The notes under the pieces are model-generated. The model worked only from the letters and a program-made list of their open reading frames with translations, was not told the origin of the DNA and ran no database searches. DNA of 64,000 nt, from positions 978-64,977 of the forward strand of contig CAKOQK010000001.1 of NCBI GenBank assembly GCA_934101225.1, given 5' to 3'. This DNA is from an uncultured Bacilli bacterium (GTDB taxonomy: Bacteria > Bacillota_I > Bacilli_A > RF39 > UBA660). Below, piece by piece: positions 19,191 through 27,043 of the stretch (position 1 is the stretch's first letter; each line of letters opens with the position of its first letter). The position numbers and the translations under genes are program-made.

Positions 19191-19491
19191 ATCGGATACA
19201 CCAACCTTTCCAACGATACTCTTTTTGCTCTACAAAATAAGTCCAAATATTTTTTATAAATGTTCTAACATTATGTTGATTAGGAAGAGGAACGATTAAA
19301 AACACACAAACAAGCAATGGCAACAATATTATAAAAGCCCCCATAAGCGTGTCAGCTTTAACAATAAATAAAAGTATTAACGTTATAGCCATTCCAGTTC
19401 CTCCAATAATTAAATCCGTAGCATTAAACATTCCTAATATCAACATAGAATTTTTTGAATTAGCAGGTATCATATATTCATTATTTCCCAT
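19171..19491 (-). CDS. PrgI/TcpE-like (VirB3-like) small membrane protein
   Basis: 106 aa with two TM helices and then a basic/aromatic tail (YFVEQKEYRWKGW). It sits immediately upstream of VirB4, as is usual for VirB3-like proteins. Confidence 0.55.
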   Translation of the reverse strand: MGNNEYMIPANSKNSMLILGMFNATDLIIGGTGMAITLILLFIVKADTLMGAFIILLPLLVCVFLIVPLPNQHNVRTFIKNIWTYFVEQKEYRWKGWCIRYDEDTK

Positions 19492-19502
19492 AATTTATCC
19501 TC

Positions 19503-21992
19503 CTATTTTTTATCTTTATCTAAGACAGCCTTTTTAATTTTATCCCATGCAAGATCTTCAGCTGATTTAGTTTTAACACCATCATTACTAATCTTTTCAT
19601 TTTGAGCATATTCAGCATTATATACTTGATCAAGTGATCCATCAGCATTGTTTGTATGATCTCCTCTTATACGTCCTTCTTCGTAATTCATTACACCTTC
19701 AACAATCTTATTAGCAGCAGCCTCTCTAGCATCTGCCATTGTTCTTTTTTCAACCTCATCAATTTTAGCATCAAACATAGTTTTTTCCAATTCTTTTTGA
19801 TAAGATTGTACTGCATCATCATAATATTTATCGCCACTTTCTCCTCTAATTTTAGTTGCCATTTGTTCTTTTTCTTTAGTAATTTTTCCTTGAATATAGT
19901 TTTCTGCATCTGCAGCATTTGTAAATGAAATATTTGCAACACTATCACGTATTTTTTGTTCCATTTCAGGTGTAAATGAACTATTAACATCAGCATTTAT
20001 TCTTTCAGTTACTTTTTGTTCTAATTTTGCTTTAATAGATGGCTCGCTAACAATTGCATTAATTCCACCTTTACTTTCTATCTCAGCCTTTACAATTGCT
20101 TCTGTTTTATTTTTGGCTTCAATTTTAACTTTATCATTAGCATCTTTATTTCCTGCTAACACAGATGAATTATATTCAGAAATAACACTTTCTCTAGATA
20201 AATAAGAATCTATTGCACGTTTTTCGTTTACATTAGAAGTTGTAGCAGATATTTGGCTAAGTTTTTCATTAATTTTAGCTTTACGTTCTTCGTCAGTGTA
20301 GTGAATTCCCTTGGCACTTTCTTCTGCTTCTATTGCTGTTTTTGCTTTATCATAAATTGGTGATTTATTCTTAAATTCAGCATTTTGATTTATATAGTCT
20401 GTGGCTTTCATACGTACTGAAGCAACATCATCTTTTCCTGGTATTTCATGTCCTATAGCTTTATTTCTGATTTCATCATTTCTAGCTTTGGCATGTTGTT
20501 TTACATTATCTTCATAGGCCTTGCCATATTTTTCATTTATCTGTGTTTCAATTGATTTATCACCAAAGAAACCTTGTTTTTTACCATAACCATATGTATT
20601 AGTGTATACACTTTCACCCTGACTCTTAAATTGTTTTAAACCTCCACCACCGGCAAATCCTTTAGCGGCTCCTTGTTTTGCTGCTGCACCGACGGACATA
20701 TTAGTCATTCCTTTGGCTGATTTTAATCCAAGTTTATTTCCAACCTTCATTGCAGCATTATTTCTTAATGCTGACCATGCACTTCCAGCAGCTCCTGCTG
20801 CTGCACCAATTCCTTTTCCCGCTAGAGCACCTGCTGCTGCTGCAGCACCACCAAGGATTGGTGCTCCAGTAAGTTTCTTAGCAATGTCTTTTGGCATGAA
20901 TCCACCAACACCACTGCTAAGATTTCCAGTAAGTTCTTCTAAAAGTTTCGGTGCTTCTTTTGCAAATAACAATACTCCAAATATCAGAACTAATTTTGTA
21001 AATAACATAACTATAGTAGATACATTACCAATTCCTGCAAACAATCCACCATTATTGCTATTAAATCCACTAACTAGTAATTCTATCATATACATTGAAA
21101 AATATATTGTAATAAGTCTTAAAAACAATGATAAATAAGTCTTAATTATATTACTTAGCCACTTTGAAAATACACCACCACTTGGTTTAGTAATTCTTAG
21201 CATGACAGGTATGGGTGCAATAATTTGTAAAAATGCTAATTTAGCAACTCTTATTCCTACATCAAAAGCATAAGATATAAACATCAATAATGCTATAACA
21301 CCACCTATAGTTGAAACTATGGGTAAAAATTCCATTGTAGGATTTTTACTAGTTAATCCATCTTCTAATTTAGAATCCCATATAAAACTACCAACATTTT
21401 CAACTACTCCTGTCGCATATGCATCAACGAAATCAGAACAAGAACTTGATAAAGAACTATCATTTTTACATTCTTCATAAGAAACTGCTTCTCCATCAGT
21501 AGTAATAGGATGATAAAACGTAGCATATATCATAGTAGAAACATTATTTCCCATTGTTTTAGGTTCTGAAGAACTAACTTCATCACTTCCTAAAATCATT
21601 TGTTCTATAACACGAGAATCAATAATATCATTTTGTAAGATACTCATATATTTAAAAATTGGAGGAAGTACCGTTATAATAATTACAGAAATAACAAAGC
21701 CTTTAAATATTCCCTGAATAGATTTATCTCCTCCACTAGATGCTTTATCCGGATTTATTATAAGAAGAATTATATTATAAGCAACTACAAAAAGCATTGC
21801 TATTCCTAAAATAGTATAAACTCTTTCAGTTAATGCCCCAATTTGATCTGAAGAATCATTATATAAACTAATTTTACTTACTGCAATAAAAACTTGATAA
21901 AAAGTAGAAATTAATGAATAAAATATACCATCTATTAAAAAACAAAGTCCATAAAACGCAGTCTTTAAAAATTTAGCTATTGCAAACAACAT
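19503..21992 (-). CDS. Polytopic membrane protein (VirB6/TrbL-like by position) with Gly/Ala-rich segment and long coiled-coil tail
   Basis: 829 aa. The first ~370 aa hold multiple TM helices. A GAAAAAGALAGKGIGAAAGAAG tract follows, and then about 400 aa of charged helical sequence. Confidence 0.5.
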   Translation of the reverse strand: MLFAIAKFLKTAFYGLCFLIDGIFYSLISTFYQVFIAVSKISLYNDSSDQIGALTERVYTILGIAMLFVVAYNIILLIINPDKASSGGDKSIQGIFKGFVISVIIITVLPPIFKYMSILQNDIIDSRVIEQMILGSDEVSSSEPKTMGNNVSTMIYATFYHPITTDGEAVSYEECKNDSSLSSSCSDFVDAYATGVVENVGSFIWDSKLEDGLTSKNPTMEFLPIVSTIGGVIALLMFISYAFDVGIRVAKLAFLQIIAPIPVMLRITKPSGGVFSKWLSNIIKTYLSLFLRLITIYFSMYMIELLVSGFNSNNGGLFAGIGNVSTIVMLFTKLVLIFGVLLFAKEAPKLLEELTGNLSSGVGGFMPKDIAKKLTGAPILGGAAAAAGALAGKGIGAAAGAAGSAWSALRNNAAMKVGNKLGLKSAKGMTNMSVGAAAKQGAAKGFAGGGGLKQFKSQGESVYTNTYGYGKKQGFFGDKSIETQINEKYGKAYEDNVKQHAKARNDEIRNKAIGHEIPGKDDVASVRMKATDYINQNAEFKNKSPIYDKAKTAIEAEESAKGIHYTDEERKAKINEKLSQISATTSNVNEKRAIDSYLSRESVISEYNSSVLAGNKDANDKVKIEAKNKTEAIVKAEIESKGGINAIVSEPSIKAKLEQKVTERINADVNSSFTPEMEQKIRDSVANISFTNAADAENYIQGKITKEKEQMATKIRGESGDKYYDDAVQSYQKELEKTMFDAKIDEVEKRTMADAREAAANKIVEGVMNYEEGRIRGDHTNNADGSLDQVYNAEYAQNEKISNDGVKTKSAEDLAWDKIKKAVLDKDKK

Positions 21993-22011
21993 ATAATCAC
22001 CTTCTTCTTTA

Positions 22012-22422
22012 TTAATTAATACAAGTTCCCGTACCTGGATAAACTAAATTCAATATTAAATTTAAAATAACAGGTAATAGATATAAAACAACAACTAATA
22101 TTAATCTAGTTCCAAATTTTTTTCCCGCCTTTTGCAATCCTTCGGCTGCTTTACTAGTAATTGCACCTACAAATTCATAAGAAGAAAGAGCAAGAGTTAA
22201 AATTGGTGCAACAATCTTAAAAGCTTTAAAAATATATTGTAAATCATCTTTAAATTTACCTAAACTACTACAATTTGAATTTTCACTTGTTGTACTTGTA
22301 CTAGCCTTCGTTGTAGTTGTTGCATCAACTTGAATAACAGAAAAAATAGTCATTCCCATTAATATTAGTAGCAATATATTAATAATGTTTTTCTTCATAA
22401 ATATCAATCCATTCAATATCAT
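22012..22422 (-). CDS. VirB2/TrbC-like pilin candidate 1
   Basis: Signal peptide (MKKNIINILLLILMGMTIFSVIQVDA if started at 22398), Thr/Ser-rich stretch and a Cys. Two TM helices are separated by a basic loop (KAGKKFGTR). The C-terminus ends GTGTCIN. Confidence 0.4.
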   Translation of the reverse strand: MILNGLIFMKKNIINILLLILMGMTIFSVIQVDATTTTKASTSTTSENSNCSSLGKFKDDLQYIFKAFKIVAPILTLALSSYEFVGAITSKAAEGLQKAGKKFGTRLILVVVLYLLPVILNLILNLVYPGTGTCIN

Positions 22423-22444
22423 TTTTCATAAAAAATTATATCAT

Positions 22445-22469
22445 AAAAAAAAACAACAGTAAAGTTGTT
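22445..22469 (-). terminator. Putative terminator after pilin candidate 2
   Basis: aacaac/agtaaa/gttgtt hairpin followed by T9 on the minus strand. The stem is short. Confidence 0.4.
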
Positions 22470-22486
22470 ATTTTAATTCCATTTTA

Positions 22487-22819
22487 TTATTCTTGACATT
22501 CACTTGGATGCAATAAACATTTTTGACAAGTTGACCATCCTAATGAGGTTTGTGCTTCTTGGAATCCAGCTACTAAACCAAAAATCCAAATAACTAATGA
22601 TGGTATTAAATATATAATTAATCCGGCAACTATTCTCATAGCTAAAGACTTAGCACTCTTTTTAATATCATCATCCTTGCTTCCAGTAACGGCTTTTCCT
22701 AAATCAAAAACCCCAAATACAATGATAATTATTGGAATAACCAATTTAAATATTAATAAAATCCATCCTACTATTTGCATAATATCTTTTGCATTTTCGC
22801 AAAATCCAGCCATGTTCAT
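22487..22819 (-). CDS. VirB2/TrbC-like pilin candidate 2
   Basis: The likely start is the ATG at 22819, with AAAGGAGAAG 8 nt upstream; the track start at 22876 is over-extended. Sequence is MNMAGFCENAKD, then TM1, a basic loop, TM2, and a C-terminal CQKCLLHPSEC (C-x2-C-x6-C). Confidence 0.45.
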   Translation of the reverse strand: MNMAGFCENAKDIMQIVGWILLIFKLVIPIIIIVFGVFDLGKAVTGSKDDDIKKSAKSLAMRIVAGLIIYLIPSLVIWIFGLVAGFQEAQTSLGWSTCQKCLLHPSECQE

Positions 22820-22911
22820 ATAAATCTTCTCCTTTACATCTAAAATCATTATATTTAATTTTTTTAAATATGTCAATTTTTATCTCTTTATTTTTTATAA
22901 TATTTATAATT

Positions 22912-23958
22912 TTATTTCTTTTCTTGCTTATCAAAGCCTAATTTAATCAATAATTTATCAACAGATAGCAATCTTTCTTTACGTTCATCAAAATTTATTA
23001 AATTATAAAAAACTTTGATACCTGTTTGTCTTTCAAAATAATTTATTTCATCATCTTGTAAAGCACTTCTATTTAAGACAATTTTTTTTCCTTCAATTTT
23101 TTCCATAAAATATGAAATATTATTAATGCATTTTGATAATCTTATTATCCCAGGCTCTAATAAATATATTATGTCATCACATAAGTGATCCTTATCCTCA
23201 AAATAATTTAAATCAATGATAATAACTTGAATATCTTTTAAATTTTTTTCTATATTTAATTTAGTTTCTAAATAATCTATATAATACAATATATTAGGAT
23301 TTCTAAAATACAAACTATCATGTCCATTAATTTCAATACCTTTTACATTATAATTTAATGATAACTGCTTTACCATTTGACTCATAAGTGTTGTTGCTCC
23401 AGCACCTTCAGACAAATTTTGAACTCCAATAATAATTTGTTTATTATTACTTTTAGCACTATTAGTTTGTTGTTCCGTTTGATTTATATTATTATTTGTA
23501 ACACCATAAATAGATTGATCTGTATGATTTATGCTATTTGTAGTACTACTATTTTCTGTTAAAACACTAGTAAACGTATCAGTTTTAAGATATTTTTTAA
23601 CATCATCATAAGTGTTTGATCTATCAATTAAATAACTAATTCCCTGTGCATTTTTTGTAAAATTATAAAAACCATTATTAATTAAATCAGATATAAACTT
23701 ATTATCATTACAATAATCATTATCATCCAAAAGTAAAATTACTTTGTCTTTCCCAAAGTAATTTAATACATCAAATAAATTTGAACTTACGATAAAATTT
23801 TTAATTGCAGTTATATCTATAATTACTCTATTAAAATAAAAATTCACTAATTCACTTTTTAAATCATCAACACTAAATTCACCATGAAGCGTTTTAATAA
23901 TATCAATATTTAATGAATTAATAACATTTATATTTTTATTTACAATTACTAAATTCAT
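22912..23958 (-). CDS. TadZ/CpaE-like protein (receiver-like N-domain plus ParA/MinD-fold domain with deviant P-loop)
   Basis: 348 aa. The N-terminal ~110 aa have the alternating pattern of a receiver-like fold without an obvious phospho-Asp context. The C-terminal half has IIIGVQNLSEGAGATTLMSQ in the P-loop position (no Lys) and VIIIDL in the Walker B position. Confidence 0.4.
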   Translation of the reverse strand: MNLVIVNKNINVINSLNIDIIKTLHGEFSVDDLKSELVNFYFNRVIIDITAIKNFIVSSNLFDVLNYFGKDKVILLLDDNDYCNDNKFISDLINNGFYNFTKNAQGISYLIDRSNTYDDVKKYLKTDTFTSVLTENSSTTNSINHTDQSIYGVTNNNINQTEQQTNSAKSNNKQIIIGVQNLSEGAGATTLMSQMVKQLSLNYNVKGIEINGHDSLYFRNPNILYYIDYLETKLNIEKNLKDIQVIIIDLNYFEDKDHLCDDIIYLLEPGIIRLSKCINNISYFMEKIEGKKIVLNRSALQDDEINYFERQTGIKVFYNLINFDERKERLLSVDKLLIKLGFDKQEKK

Positions 23959-23967
23959 TTAATCACC

Positions 23968-24450
23968 TTAATCTTTTGCAAAATATACAGCTTTTGTTTC
24001 ACCAGTTACAGGAAATGTAAACATATTATCAAGTATTGGAATATCAAATTTAAAGAACACAGTAACTCGATAATATTTTCTTGATAAAACTTTATCATCT
24101 ACTTTTCTAGTGTATACACAATATTTATATTTACCAGAGGTTGAATTTTGTTGTTCATATCCTTTAAGCTGTCCATATGATTGGGTATCATCATCTTTAT
24201 AATCGCCATAATCAATATCCACTTTAGAACATTCTCCATAAACATAATATCCTGTATTATTAAGATAATTTCTTATTTTCTCCTGAGCCGCATCTGTAAG
24301 ACCTTCATTTTCTTCAATTATGGAAATAATTCCATTTTTTACTTTAAAGGCCTTTGAATAATTTACTGATAATGCTAAATAACTAGTAAACAAAACAATA
24401 AATACAATTACAATCCCAACTATCCAAGTTCCACCAATTGATTCTCTCAT
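23968..24450 (-). CDS. Bitopic membrane protein, TadE/pseudopilin-like N-terminus
   Basis: 160 aa. It starts MRESIGGTWIVGIVIVFIVLFTSYLAL and continues with a beta-rich domain. It lies directly downstream of the Flp-like gene. Confidence 0.3.
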   Translation of the reverse strand: MRESIGGTWIVGIVIVFIVLFTSYLALSVNYSKAFKVKNGIISIIEENEGLTDAAQEKIRNYLNNTGYYVYGECSKVDIDYGDYKDDDTQSYGQLKGYEQQNSTSGKYKYCVYTRKVDDKVLSRKYYRVTVFFKFDIPILDNMFTFPVTGETKAVYFAKD

Positions 24451-24466
24451 GCATTTTTACCAAATA

Positions 24467-24742
24467 TTATTTGCCAGTACCAGTATTTGTTCCTGTACTT
24501 CCATCACTATCACATGGACATGAAACTTTGTTTTGTAAAACCTTACCATCATCATCTAAAACATTACACGATGCAGTACCATTATTGCATGAATCGCAAT
24601 TGAATTTACTCATACATTGAGTTTGCGTCTTTAGTGCAGCCTTAATTCTTGGTAAAACAATTATAGAAAAAACACTAGCAATAGCTGCAATAGCAACAAC
24701 TGTGATAGCAGTCATACTTAATTCTCCTGATGCTTCTTTCAT
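24467..24742 (-). CDS. Flp-like small pilin candidate with a Cys-rich C-terminal part
   Basis: 91 aa. MKEASGELSMTAITVVAIAAIASVFSIIVL resembles Flp prepilins (G then TAI.. hydrophobic helix) but lacks the EY pair. The tail has six Cys. AAAGGAGGAA RBS. Confidence 0.4.
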   Translation of the reverse strand: MKEASGELSMTAITVVAIAAIASVFSIIVLPRIKAALKTQTQCMSKFNCDSCNNGTASCNVLDDDGKVLQNKVSCPCDSDGSTGTNTGTGK

Positions 24743-24782
24743 ATATAAATTCCTCCTTTATTTTATATTTTTATTATATATC

Positions 24783-24821
24783 AAAAAAAATAAACTATCA
24801 ATATAATTTGACAGTTTATTT
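24783..24821 (-). terminator. Rho-independent terminator after pilin candidate 3
   Basis: aaataaactatcaa/tataa/tttgacagtttattt stem with one mismatch, followed by T8 on the minus strand. Confidence 0.55.
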
Positions 24822-24832
24822 GCACTAATAAA

Positions 24833-25213
24833 TTATTTACAATTACTTGGATTATCTATACAATTAATACATATCTGATAATCAGCATTATCTTCACCAA
24901 AACTATTAATAACTAATCTTAAAATAGTTGGAATAAAGAAAACAATTAAACCTATAATAAGTCTTTTTCCTAAAATAAGCAAATTTTTCTTTAGATCATC
25001 TAATTTACCACTAGTTACAGTTTTATATATATCCAAGGATCCTACTATAATTATAAATATAGGAACACATAATCTTATAATTAGTAAAAAAACAGATAAT
25101 AATTGTAAGGTTTTAGAAAAATCCTGACAAAAATTTTGAGCAACGTATTCATCAGCATAAACATTAAATGTACTAAATACAATAAATTTAGAAATTAAAT
25201 TACTCATAATCAT
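24833..25213 (-). CDS. VirB2/TrbC-like pilin candidate 3
   Basis: AGGAGG lies 9 nt upstream of the ATG at 25213. Weak signal peptide (..FSTFNVYA), then a Cys (NFCQDF), TM1, a basic loop (KKNLLILGKR) and TM2. The C-terminus is CINCIDNPSNC (C-x2-C-x6-C). Confidence 0.45.
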   Translation of the reverse strand: MIMSNLISKFIVFSTFNVYADEYVAQNFCQDFSKTLQLLSVFLLIIRLCVPIFIIIVGSLDIYKTVTSGKLDDLKKNLLILGKRLIIGLIVFFIPTILRLVINSFGEDNADYQICINCIDNPSNCK

Positions 25214-26366
25214 ATTTCTCATCCTCCTTAGCAGGTATTATTCTTCTAATAAATTTAAAAGCAACTACTCCCATTATTCCTAATAATAAAATTATTAATA
25301 TAACAATTGGTGCATTACTTTTCTTTTTTACTTCAACATCTTTAATAATATTGAATGTGTAAAGATTACTTGTCTTATCCTCTGCAATTATTTTAACATA
25401 AATTTTACTACCATTTATTAAATCAGAATTACCTTCAACTTCATAAGTAGCATTATTATCATCCAAATCAATATTAAAAACTAATACGGTATCTTCTTTA
25501 TTAATTTTTAAATCATATTCATATTGTGTTTGATTAAATGCAAAATCATAATTACTTATTGTTATATTTACATTAGTGTTATTTGAAAGACTTTTTAATT
25601 TTAAAGTTATTGTATAATCTTTAGATGATCCATCTTCAGCAGTTACTTTAATAATAATAGGCTTATTTATATCTATATTTTGATTATTTGAAATTGTTAC
25701 ACTCGCTTTATCTGATTCTGTTTCATATGTAATATCTAAATTTTTTATATCTTTTTCTACTACTATTTCATATGATAATTTTTCTTTTATAAATTCAAAA
25801 CTATAGCCTTTAACCATTAAACTTTTTAAATAGGAATTACTATCTTTTACAGGCATTGTCGTTGTAGTTGTTGTCGTTGTAGTATTTGTTCTTTTTGTAG
25901 TTCTAGTAGTTTTTGTTTTTTTTGTTGTTTTTGTAGGTGGATTAACAGTAGGAGGTATAATTTTTTTTGTTGTAGTAGTTGTCGTTCTTGGAACATATAT
26001 CGAACCATTATTGATTTTATTACAGTCATATTCAACAACAACTCCACAATATTTTATACTATTGTTAGTTGAGCAAGTTCCAACATAATTTGTACAACCT
26101 GAACTTATTGTATAATAATAAAAATCTGTATTGCCATTAGCACATACCAATGTTTCTCTATTAAAAGCAAATGCGGGTTGCCATTTGCCATTTAGACAAG
26201 TAGCCCTTTTACAATAATTATGTGTTCCTGTACCACTTGCTGTAACATTTTTAGAATCAAATGACAAACATTCCTGTAAACTATTACCGAAATCCATACT
26301 ATTCGCATTTACAAATATGGGAAATAAAAAAATAAAAAATATAAATATTTTTTTCATAAAAAACAC
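25200..26366 (-). CDS. Surface protein: Cys-rich N-domain, Thr-rich linker, cadherin-like beta-sandwich domains, C-terminal TM anchor
   Basis: 388 aa with a signal peptide. The N-domain has about 10 Cys (LVCANGNTDFYYYTI...VEYDCNK). Poly-Thr/Lys linker. SYLKSLMVKGYSFEF...LSYEIVV and later repeats resemble cadherin-like domains of Firmicutes. Hydrophobic C-terminal helix. Confidence 0.6.
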   Translation of the reverse strand: MFFMKKIFIFFIFLFPIFVNANSMDFGNSLQECLSFDSKNVTASGTGTHNYCKRATCLNGKWQPAFAFNRETLVCANGNTDFYYYTISSGCTNYVGTCSTNNSIKYCGVVVEYDCNKINNGSIYVPRTTTTTTKKIIPPTVNPPTKTTKKTKTTRTTKRTNTTTTTTTTTMPVKDSNSYLKSLMVKGYSFEFIKEKLSYEIVVEKDIKNLDITYETESDKASVTISNNQNIDINKPIIIKVTAEDGSSKDYTITLKLKSLSNNTNVNITISNYDFAFNQTQYEYDLKINKEDTVLVFNIDLDDNNATYEVEGNSDLINGSKIYVKIIAEDKTSNLYTFNIIKDVEVKKKSNAPIVILIILLLGIMGVVAFKFIRRIIPAKEDEKYDYE

Positions 26367-26370
26367 TCCT

Positions 26371-26401
26371 AAAAAAAGATAATACCAGTAATGGTATTAT
26401 C
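26371..26401 (-). terminator. Internal rho-independent terminator or attenuator
   Basis: gataatacca/gtaa/tggtattatc 10-bp stem followed by T7 on the minus strand. It lies between ORF 26444..27040 and ORF 25200..26366. Confidence 0.6.
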
Positions 26402-26443
26402 CTACCAAGACCTAAAATAATAATATCACATAATTATTATTTT

Positions 26444-27040
26444 TTAAATCTTTTTAAATACATTTTTCTTATCTATTACAAATAATACAACTGTAACTAC
26501 TATTCCTATCGTACCAAGAACTATAAAATAATCTTCAACTCCAGTATCTTTATTATCTGTTGTTCCTGTATCCTTATTAATAGTTGTAGTTGCTTTAGTT
26601 GTTGTACTAAATGGTTTTTTATTATCATTTGTACTACCAGCTAAATAATTACAATCATATTTATAAATCCTTGTTGCATAAAGTGTACCTTCATCCGGAT
26701 TACAACTATCTCCATCTTTAAGACTATTTGCACCATTACCAATTATTTCATAATAAGCATTTTTATTATTATTTGCACATACTAATGTATTACTAATTTC
26801 TGTATTTATAATTGTTAGTTTTCTTGATCCATTTACACAAGATATTTCTAATCCTTCAATATAAAATCCATTAGTTGCTTTTTTCATCTCATCATAATCA
26901 TTAAGATTAATTGAATTTTTAACTTCTTGTTTTCTTGCTTCACCAGCAGCAGCCCCTATCGTTTCAGTATCACTTGTAACTTTTGCACTAACCGTTAAAG
27001 GCATCAACAATAAAACCCCAAAAATAAACATCTTTTTCAT
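26444..27040 (-). CDS. Secreted, C-terminally anchored protein with the same Cys-rich N-domain as 25200..26366
   Basis: 198 aa with a signal peptide. LVCANNNKNAYYEII...YKYDCNY parallels LVCANGNTDFYYYTI...VEYDCNK. Thr-rich linker and a C-terminal TM. Confidence 0.55.
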   Translation of the reverse strand: MKKMFIFGVLLLMPLTVSAKVTSDTETIGAAAGEARKQEVKNSINLNDYDEMKKATNGFYIEGLEISCVNGSRKLTIINTEISNTLVCANNNKNAYYEIIGNGANSLKDGDSCNPDEGTLYATRIYKYDCNYLAGSTNDNKKPFSTTTKATTTINKDTGTTDNKDTGVEDYFIVLGTIGIVVTVVLFVIDKKNVFKKI

Positions 27041-27043
27041 ATC

